The position numbers were made by a program, and so were the translations under genes. Positions 1-6,851 of a DNA stretch of 20,000 nucleotides are shown here, one piece after another. The notes under the pieces were generated by a model. That model made no database searches. It was not told where the DNA came from and saw only the letters and a program-made list of their open reading frames with translations. Source of the stretch: Lentisphaeria bacterium (GTDB taxonomy: Bacteria > Verrucomicrobiota > Lentisphaeria > JABSQK01 > JAWLHB01); contig JAWLHB010000043.1 in the NCBI GenBank assembly GCA_041690595.1, positions 53,256 through 73,255 of the forward strand, read 5' to 3'. Position 1 is the first letter of the stretch, and the number at the start of each line of letters is the position of its first letter.

Positions 1-1
1 G

Positions 2-286
2 GAGCTGGTAGCGCAGCTCGCGCCCATAGAGGTCGTCGCCGATCAGCCCGAAGAGCTGCAGGGAAGCGGGCTGGAGGGCAGCGAGATTGCAGACGACGTT
101 GCCGGCGGCGCCGGGTGTCGCCCTGACGGAGCGGCCATAGAAGACCGGCTTGCCAGTTTCGAGCGAGAGGGCGCTGGATGCTTCGGTGTAGTCGTAGTAG
201 AGGTCGAGAGCAAAGTCGCCGAGGATGCCAAAGCGCAGCTTGCCGATAGCAGCCAGTATTTCTCGCAGACGTTCCGATGTCAGCAC
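2..286 (-). CDS. PfkB/ribokinase-family sugar kinase, HldE(RfaE) domain I-like; N-terminal part only, runs off the window start
   Basis: Not in the ORF track; translated by hand from GTG at 286: VLTSERLREILAAIGKLRFGILGDFALDLYY...SLETGKPV...PGAAGNVVCNLAAL...FGLIGDDLYGREL. This matches PfkB/RfaE N-terminal motifs (GDxxLD, PGxAxNV, GxxGDD). The start overlaps the sulfatase stop (GTGCTGA) and has GGAG upstream. Confidence 0.8.
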   Translation of the reverse strand, partial: MLTSERLREILAAIGKLRFGILGDFALDLYYDYTEASSALSLETGKPVFYGRSVRATPGAAGNVVCNLAALQPASLQLFGLIGDDLYGRELRYQL

Positions 287-1590
287 GTGTATTGCTCCAT
301 CTGGGCCATCAGCCGGAGGCGCGCCTCCGCAGCTGGCCCGGTTGCGCAAGATAAGAGGTTGTGCAGCTCTCCGGGGTCATGGAGGAGGTCGAACAACCAG
401 TCGGTTTCGAGAAAATTGCGGATCAGTTTGAAGCGTCCGTCGGTAACCATCCGCCATCCTCCATAGGCACTGTAGGCGACCTCACGATGGAAGTGTCGTC
501 GCCCTTCGAGGAGAGGACGGAGGGAGCGTGCATCCATGTCCATACTGGCGCCGGCCCAGTCGAGGAAGGTGGCGGCAAGGTCGAGCATGGGGATGGGCTG
601 GTCGCACGTGGCGCCGGCGGGAATGCCGGGGCCGGCGATAATGAGGGGCACATGCACGGAGCCATTCCAGGGGACGGCTTTGCCGAAGCGGTCATGATCT
701 CCGAGCATCTCGCCATGATCGCTGCTGAAGACGACAACGGTTCGCTCGCTTTCACCGCGGCGTTCGACTTCAGCCAGGAGGTCGCCGATGCGGCGATCGA
801 TGTTCTCGCACATGGCGGCATAATTGCGGCGGATTCCGAGGTGCGCCTCGGGTGTGAGCAAGGTGCTGGCGACGGGTTGGGGGAAGTCAACGTCGGCGTA
901 CCAGTCAGCCATGTTGCGGGTGATATCCCACGGATCGTGGGGGCCGGTGAAGTTGACCTGGAGGAACCAGGGACGGTCAGCCGGGGCTTCGCGGAGCAGC
1001 TTGAGCCCGTTGTCTGCCAGCCAGTTGTCGCAATAGGCTTCTTCGGGGAGGGTGGTGGGGAAAACGGCGGATGGGTTACCGCGCCGGCGGTCAAAGTCGT
1101 CCAGATGCGCCTGGCGCAAACCGTTTTCCTCCAGGAACCGCAGGTAGGGTCCCCGGGGCGTTTCACGGCCACTGCCCGCGCCATCCCACTTGCCCTCGTT
1201 GTCGATGCCGGCGGAGAAGCCCCACTCGGCCAGGGAGCGGCTGCCGTCGAGATGCCAGTCGCAGGATCCCTTGTGGAGGTCGAACTTGCCGCAGCCCATG
1301 GTGTGGTAGCCTTTGCCTTGGAGAGCCTGATACATGGTCGGCTGGTCCAGGGGAAAGTCGCGGGCATTGGAGGGGACCCGGCATCGTTCGTACTGCATGC
1401 CGGAGGCAAGGATGGCGCGGCACGGGGCGCAGATGGGGGAAGGCGAGACAGCCTGGGTGAGGGTTGTTCCGCGGGCGGCGAGGCGCTCCAAGTTTGGAAG
1501 CCGGAGGGGGAGTTGCGGATTGGTGCTCAGCCAGTCGCCGCGCCACTGATCTGGAAAGAGAAAGAGGATGTTGGGAAGGCTCTCAGTCAT
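280..1590 (-). CDS. Formylglycine-dependent (S1 family) sulfatase, no signal peptide
   Basis: Likely start MTESLPNILFLFPDQWR at 1590 (the ORF-track extension overlaps the fucosidase). Has CxPxR signature CAPCR, GKFD, GPHDP and SDHGEMLGDH motifs. Confidence 0.92.
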   Translation of the reverse strand: MTESLPNILFLFPDQWRGDWLSTNPQLPLRLPNLERLAARGTTLTQAVSPSPICAPCRAILASGMQYERCRVPSNARDFPLDQPTMYQALQGKGYHTMGCGKFDLHKGSCDWHLDGSRSLAEWGFSAGIDNEGKWDGAGSGRETPRGPYLRFLEENGLRQAHLDDFDRRRGNPSAVFPTTLPEEAYCDNWLADNGLKLLREAPADRPWFLQVNFTGPHDPWDITRNMADWYADVDFPQPVASTLLTPEAHLGIRRNYAAMCENIDRRIGDLLAEVERRGESERTVVVFSSDHGEMLGDHDRFGKAVPWNGSVHVPLIIAGPGIPAGATCDQPIPMLDLAATFLDWAGASMDMDARSLRPLLEGRRHFHREVAYSAYGGWRMVTDGRFKLIRNFLETDWLFDLLHDPGELHNLLSCATGPAAEARLRLMAQMEQYTC

Positions 1591-2899
1591 GGTGGGCACC
1601 TTCAGTTGAGGTGGTTGAGGCGCCATCGCGCCAGACGGATTCACCGCGGGTTCGGGCCCATTCGGCGACGCGGGCAGGATCGCCTCCCCACAGTCGCTCG
1701 CGCCCCCACTGGCCGGCGCGGGGGCTCTCGGCGCAGGTGAGGCGGATGACGGGGAAGAGCGAAGTCGGCCGCTCGATGGGCAGGTTGCCGAGATGCAGCT
1801 CACCCGGCTGCTGGTCGATGGAGAGGGGCTGTCCGGTGGTGATCAGGTCAGCTGCCAGGACGGTGCTTTCCAGATCGGGCAACCGCATGCTTGTGGTGCC
1901 CGGCCAGAAGCGGAAGATAAGGTAGAGCCGATTGCCGCGAACCGTCTGCCACCCCCAGGTGGTAAATTCGGTGAGATTCCCCCCACCCTCTCCCCGGATG
2001 GCTTCGCCATGGAGCCGCATCCAACGGCCAAGTTCGCCGGCACCATCGAGGAAGGCGGCGGGCAATCTGCCTTCGCCATCGGGACCGACATTGAGCAGCA
2101 GATTGCCTCCCATGGCGGCGCACTGGCCGAGCATGTCGAGCCATTGGGCGGGGCTTCGCCAACGCTCTCCGGCGGCATATCCCCAGAGGCGCCAGGTGGT
2201 CACCTGACAGGATTCCCAGAGTTTGCCGGTGACGGTGATGTGGTGCTCCGGGGTGCCGACGTCGCCAAGGGGGAGCGTCTCGCCGGCGGGGGTGCCGAGG
2301 CGATCATTGACGATGATATCGGGCTGCAGCTCGCGAATCATCTGGAGGAGTTCGCGTCCAGCGATATCTTCGGTGGTGCGAGGCCAGAGGCCATCGAAGA
2401 AGAGGTAATCGATCCTGCCGTAGCGGGTGAGCAGCTCGCGCACTTGGGCGTGAATGTAGTCGCGCATGGCAGCCCACGCGGCAGGATCCCTGTCGGGGGG
2501 CTCGAAATAGGCGGGGATGCGCCAATCCATCAGGGAATAATAGAGGCCGACGCGCAGCCCTTCGGCCCGGAAGGCGGCAACATAGTCGGCCACGAAGTCG
2601 CGCTGGGCGGCCTGTCTGGCGCTGGAGTAGTCGGTGGTGGCGGTATCCCAGAGGCAGAAGCCGTCATGGTGACGGGTGGTGAGGCAGGCATAGCGAAAAC
2701 CGGCATCGCGTGCGGTTGCGGCCCACAGCCGGGGATCATAAAAGCGGGGATTCCAGGCGCATGCCATATCGGCGTATGCCTTCTGCTCCATGTGCTCACG
2801 GAAGAGAACCTGTTCGCCGCGTCCGATGCATGCGTAAGGCCCCCAATGGATGAAGAGCCCCAGGCGCCCTTCGGTAAACCACCGCCATCCCTCTGCCAT
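1583..2899 (-). CDS. Alpha-L-fucosidase (GH29), no signal peptide
   Basis: GLFIHWG, TTRHHDGFCLWDT, GLYYS, FFDG (nucleophile region), VNDR and GNLLLNVGP motifs typical of GH29. Confidence 0.92.
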   Translation of the reverse strand: MAEGWRWFTEGRLGLFIHWGPYACIGRGEQVLFREHMEQKAYADMACAWNPRFYDPRLWAATARDAGFRYACLTTRHHDGFCLWDTATTDYSSARQAAQRDFVADYVAAFRAEGLRVGLYYSLMDWRIPAYFEPPDRDPAAWAAMRDYIHAQVRELLTRYGRIDYLFFDGLWPRTTEDIAGRELLQMIRELQPDIIVNDRLGTPAGETLPLGDVGTPEHHITVTGKLWESCQVTTWRLWGYAAGERWRSPAQWLDMLGQCAAMGGNLLLNVGPDGEGRLPAAFLDGAGELGRWMRLHGEAIRGEGGGNLTEFTTWGWQTVRGNRLYLIFRFWPGTTSMRLPDLESTVLAADLITTGQPLSIDQQPGELHLGNLPIERPTSLFPVIRLTCAESPRAGQWGRERLWGGDPARVAEWARTRGESVWRDGASTTSTEGAHHD

Positions 2900-2942
2900 C
2901 GTCGGTCTCCTGCTTATGCCGGTTCTGCCTTCACCTCAAAGA

Positions 2943-3851
2943 TTAGCCGTCTCCCTGCCGCGGAGCAAGTGCAACCTGCCCGACGACTCCATTGAGCGAC
3001 GGCTCAACGTGCACAAAGGCGCGGTCGATTGCGGGAATCGTTTCGACATGGCTGCGGACTGCTTCGGCGATGTGATGCGAGTCGTGCGTGGTGAGATCGC
3101 CGTCGATGAGGACATCGAGTTCCACATGGACGAAGTGGCCGACATAGTGGGCGCGTATATCGTGCACGGCCTGGACGTTGGGGATACTGGCGGCATGACG
3201 GTCGATCTCCATCAGGAGGGAAGCATCCGGCACGACGCCCATCAGGTAGTCGACGTTCTCGCGGCCGACTTCATAGCTGCCGTAGAGGATGTAGACGCCA
3301 ATGGCCATGGCCGCCAGTGCGTCGAAGAGGGGATAGCGATGCGCCATCGCGACGCCGAAGATAGCGAGCATGGCGACACAGACATCGTTGCGGCAGTCGA
3401 TAGAGGAGGCGCGCAGGGCGGGGCTGTTGACCTCGCGCGCGGTCTTGCGCAGATAGATGGCCATGCCCAGCTTGATGACGAGGGTGATGATCAGCGCGGG
3501 GAGTGTCAGGATTCCGACTTCGATATCGGTGGTCTGCTGACCGAGTCGCTCGAGGGGAGAGCTGAGGACTTCCCACCCCATGATGCCGGTAAAGATCGCC
3601 ACGACGAGTCCCGCGATCGGCTCGGCCCTGGCGTGGCCGAAGGGATGATCTTCATCGGCGCCGCGGGCAGCCATGTGCACGCATACGAGGACCGCCATGG
3701 AGGCAAAGACATCCGTGAGGGAGTTGACGGTCTCGGAAAGGATGGAGAGGGTGTCGGAGAGTCTCCAGGCGATGGCCTTGATGATGAGGAGGAACAGATT
3801 GAGGCCAAGGACGAAATAGGTCGCCCGCTGCGCCACTTTCTTCTGGGGCAT
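2943..3851 (-). CDS. Cation diffusion facilitator (FieF/MntE-like) metal efflux transporter
   Basis: About six hydrophobic segments, DEDHPFGHARAE loop, and a C-terminal cytoplasmic domain ending in HVEP. Confidence 0.92.
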   Translation of the reverse strand: MPQKKVAQRATYFVLGLNLFLLIIKAIAWRLSDTLSILSETVNSLTDVFASMAVLVCVHMAARGADEDHPFGHARAEPIAGLVVAIFTGIMGWEVLSSPLERLGQQTTDIEVGILTLPALIITLVIKLGMAIYLRKTAREVNSPALRASSIDCRNDVCVAMLAIFGVAMAHRYPLFDALAAMAIGVYILYGSYEVGRENVDYLMGVVPDASLLMEIDRHAASIPNVQAVHDIRAHYVGHFVHVELDVLIDGDLTTHDSHHIAEAVRSHVETIPAIDRAFVHVEPSLNGVVGQVALAPRQGDG

Positions 3852-3893
3852 GAGAAGTACCAGCTGTGTGAGTAGGAAGAGAGATCAGCCGGA

Positions 3894-3902
3894 ACTATAT
3901 CA
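3894..3902 (-). promoter_or_regulatory. Candidate extended -10 promoter (TGnTATAGT) for the CDF/fucosidase cluster
   Basis: Minus strand reads TGATATAGT about 43 nt upstream of the CDF ATG. Confidence 0.45.
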
Positions 3903-4014
3903 CGGGGGCGCCGGCATTCCACCGGCAATCGCGAGTCAATCGACACGGGAGTGGGGGGGCGCCGGATGAACATGGGCGCTGGTGCGGGATGTGGCAATTC
4001 GCACGGGGCCACTC

Positions 4015-4190
4015 AGGCGAGTGCGTGCCCGGGGAGCGCGGGAGGGGTGAGGGGAAGTTGGGGAAGGGGCGCGCGCAATGGGAAGAAGGGGAAGAAGAGG
4101 AAGTATGCGGGGCTGGCGGGGGGATCGGCGTTCTTGGGTGAGGCGAGTGGCGCGTCCGGGGAGTGCGGGAGGGGTGATGGAGGTTGGGGA
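4015..4190 (+). repeat. Imperfect ~50 bp G-rich direct repeat (4015-4064 and 4141-4190)
   Basis: aggcgagtg-cgtgcccggggagcgcgggaggggtgaggggaagttgggga versus aggcgagtggcgcgtccggggagtgcgggaggggtgatgg-aggttgggga. Confidence 0.75.
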
Positions 4191-4350
4191 CAGTCGGAAT
4201 ATCTCGGAATATCTGGCTTATCATGGTAAGCTTGTTGAGAAGGGCGACGATGAAGCGGCAGCTAAGAAGATGGAGGAGTTCAGGGTGAGGTTGCCCGATT
4301 TGTTGCGCGACCGCAAGGAGATGGATAGATTCCTGAGCGACTTGGAGTGA
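4177..4350 (+). CDS. Small hypothetical protein (57 aa) or C-terminal gene remnant
   Basis: MEVGDSRNISEYLAYHGKLVEKGDDEAAAKKMEEFRVRLPDLLRDRKEMDRFLSDLE: protein-like charged helical composition, GGAGG just upstream, and less GC-rich than the flanks. No family recognised. Confidence 0.4.
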   Translation: MEVGDSRNISEYLAYHGKLVEKGDDEAAAKKMEEFRVRLPDLLRDRKEMDRFLSDLE

Positions 4351-4435
4351 CAATCCGCCGCACCTCCGCACCGGTTGAAGGCTATTCAAGGCGTGTGACG
4401 TACCGCAGGGGTGTAGGTAAGAGGCAGGAGCGAGG

Positions 4436-5896
4436 TTACTTGAATTCCTGGGGATGGCGGCGCTTGAGTTCGGGGATCTTGTCGGCGCGGCCGGTGGCTT
4501 CAAGGCGCTCGATATAGGCTGGGAGGGCGCCGCGGGCATGAAGGGGTCCACCTTCGCGGATGACGGTCCAGAGGGGATCGGTGGGGGAATCCATGGTGGC
4601 CATCATGCGGTCGTGCCATTCGTTGAGGTAGTAGACGGCCTCGCGCAGGAGATCGGGCCTGGCAGCGGCCAGGTCGTGCTGCTCGTGGGGATCTTCCTCG
4701 ATGTTGAAGAGCATTTCCCGCGGGAAGAGATGGAAACCGTCATGGTAGGTTCGCATGTAGAGCCATGGGCCAAAGCGGACGGAGCGCTGGCAGACGTGGG
4801 CGCATTGACCGATGACCAGGTAAGGATGGCCGGATGGGGCACCATCGGTGATGGTGGAGGCGAAGCTCTTGCCGTCCCAGGAGGGTTGGGGAGGCTGGCC
4901 GAGGAGTTCGGCGAGGGTTGGCGCGAGGTCGAGGTTGTAGTGCAGCTGGTTGTCGACATGGCCGCTGACGGCGCCGGGCCAGCGGACGATCATGGGGATG
5001 CGGCAGGTGCCGTGATCGGCGGTGGCGTGTTCGCCGTAGATGCCGAGTTCGCCTTGGTTCTCCGCGTGATCGGAGCTGATGATGATGATGGTGTCGTCGA
5101 GGACTCCGGTCTTGCGTAGGGCGTCGAGGATGCGGCCGACATGGTCATCGGCGTAGCGGATGCCGCAGTCGTAGCCATCGATCATGCGGCGCAGGTCGGC
5201 CATGTCCTTGATCTCGCCGGGATGTCGCGGGAAGGCGGGATTGGTGCTGTTGTCCCACATGGCGATGTCCTGAGCACTGTGCGGGCCTGCTTTGAGGCGG
5301 TGCTGGGCGAGGAGATCCGCGGTGAGCCACTCGGGCAGGGGATCTTCGGCAAAGGGATTGCCGAACTCTTCGGGGGCGCGGTAGGGAGTGTGGGGATCCC
5401 AGTAGTTGATGTGGAGGTACCAGTTGTCGCCGGCGGCATGGTCCTGAATCCACTTGAGGACGGTGGGGGTGACTTCCTCGGCGGACTCGAGCCCTCCTTT
5501 GCCGGTGTTGTGCATCTCGTTGAAGCCGCAGTAGAAGGTGAAGGTGCTGTGGCGTTCGGCGAAGGGGCTGATCAGGGCGGTGTGCATGCGGTTGCGGCGG
5601 AAGATGGCGGGAAGACAGGAGCGGTCGAGGGTGGTACGGAAGCCGCGGTCGGCGCCGTCGAGGCGGAAGTCGGCGGCGGTTCCGCCATGACCGACGACGC
5701 CGCTGTGAATGCCGTGCATGCCGGACATGAGGGCGGTGCGGGAGGGGAGGCAGGGGGCGTCGGAGCAATAATAGTTGTCGAAGCGGATACCCTCGGCAGC
5801 AAGGCGGTCGATGTTGGGGGAGGTGTTGCGGTGGTAGCCGTAGCAGCCGAGATGGTCAGCGCGAAGGGTGTCGATATCGAGGTAAAGGAGACGCAT
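4436..5896 (-). CDS. Formylglycine-dependent (S1 family) sulfatase, no signal peptide
   Basis: DIDTLRADHLGCYG, CLPSRTALMSG, WDPHTPY and SSDH motifs. Confidence 0.93.
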   Translation of the reverse strand: MRLLYLDIDTLRADHLGCYGYHRNTSPNIDRLAAEGIRFDNYYCSDAPCLPSRTALMSGMHGIHSGVVGHGGTAADFRLDGADRGFRTTLDRSCLPAIFRRNRMHTALISPFAERHSTFTFYCGFNEMHNTGKGGLESAEEVTPTVLKWIQDHAAGDNWYLHINYWDPHTPYRAPEEFGNPFAEDPLPEWLTADLLAQHRLKAGPHSAQDIAMWDNSTNPAFPRHPGEIKDMADLRRMIDGYDCGIRYADDHVGRILDALRKTGVLDDTIIIISSDHAENQGELGIYGEHATADHGTCRIPMIVRWPGAVSGHVDNQLHYNLDLAPTLAELLGQPPQPSWDGKSFASTITDGAPSGHPYLVIGQCAHVCQRSVRFGPWLYMRTYHDGFHLFPREMLFNIEEDPHEQHDLAAARPDLLREAVYYLNEWHDRMMATMDSPTDPLWTVIREGGPLHARGALPAYIERLEATGRADKIPELKRRHPQEFK

Positions 5897-5942
5897 GATG
5901 AGGGCTCTTTCCTGGAAGCGGTGGTGGTAAAAAGATGGGTAA

Positions 5943-6008
5943 ACTATAGGCGCTCGGCCGGCAAGTGCGAGTGGAGATCTTGACGCCGTGTCGGAAATGC
6001 ATCAGACT
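5943..6008. promoter_or_regulatory. Candidate divergent sigma70-type promoters
   Basis: Minus-strand TATAGT at 5943-5948, about 47 nt before the sulfatase start. Plus-strand TTGACG(5980-5985)-N17-CAGACT(6003-6008) before the dioxygenase. Confidence 0.4.
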
Positions 6009-6038
6009 ATGGTAACAGATCAACGGAATGGAGGGATC

Positions 6039-6839
6039 ATGGAGTTGTCAAAGCAGCAGTTTATGGCTCTGCGAGAGGAAGGCTACGTGGTCATCCCCGG
6101 CGCGGTATCGCGGATCTTGATCGACCGGGCACGGCGGGCGATCCATCACGACCTGGGGACGCGGGGGATGGACCCGGCGCGGTTCGACGAGTACCGCGGG
6201 CGAAGCTACTGCCCCGAGGTGAAGAACACGGCGGCCATCAGCGACTTGTATACGGCCTCGCCTCTTTCCGGATTGGCTGCGTCGGCTTTTGGCGAGCGAG
6301 CGCTGATGCCGGTCGGCGGGGGGCAGATCGCGCTGCGCTTTCCGTCGGATGCGACCATGCCGCGACCGCCGACGCCGCACATCGATGGGGCGGATTACCA
6401 GAAGCGCCACGCGAACGATCAAGTGCCACCCATCGGGACGCTCCACTCGTTTTCGATGCTCTGCGGGGTCTTTCTGGCGGACATTCCGACGACGGATGCG
6501 GGCAACTTCACCGTGTGGCCGGGGACGCATCGGCTGATCGGGGAGTGGGTTCGCGAGCATGGGGTGAAGGATGTGGCCACGCCGGAGAATGTGCGCGGGA
6601 TCATCCCGCGATTGCCGGACTGGCCGGAGCCCGTGCAGGTGACGGCAGCGGCTGGGGATGCCGTGCTGACGCATCACTTCACGGCTCATGGCATCGCCAA
6701 CAACCTCAGCCCGAACATTCGCTATGCAGTCTTTTTTCGCCTCACGTGCGAGGGTCACCGCGAGCGGGCGGACGAGGTCTTCAGGGAGATGTGGTTGGAG
6801 TGGGAGGGGCTGCGTCGCGCGCTGGATGGGGCGGTATGA
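6039..6839 (+). CDS. Phytanoyl-CoA dioxygenase (PhyH) family Fe(II)/2-oxoglutarate dioxygenase
   Basis: Start MELSKQQ after GGAGGG. Has EEGYVVIPG, HxD (PHIDG), GNFTVWPGTH, AGD, distal His (HG) and Arg (NIRY). Confidence 0.88.
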   Translation: MELSKQQFMALREEGYVVIPGAVSRILIDRARRAIHHDLGTRGMDPARFDEYRGRSYCPEVKNTAAISDLYTASPLSGLAASAFGERALMPVGGGQIALRFPSDATMPRPPTPHIDGADYQKRHANDQVPPIGTLHSFSMLCGVFLADIPTTDAGNFTVWPGTHRLIGEWVREHGVKDVATPENVRGIIPRLPDWPEPVQVTAAAGDAVLTHHFTAHGIANNLSPNIRYAVFFRLTCEGHRERADEVFREMWLEWEGLRRALDGAV

Positions 6840-6851
6840 GGCGAGGTGGCT

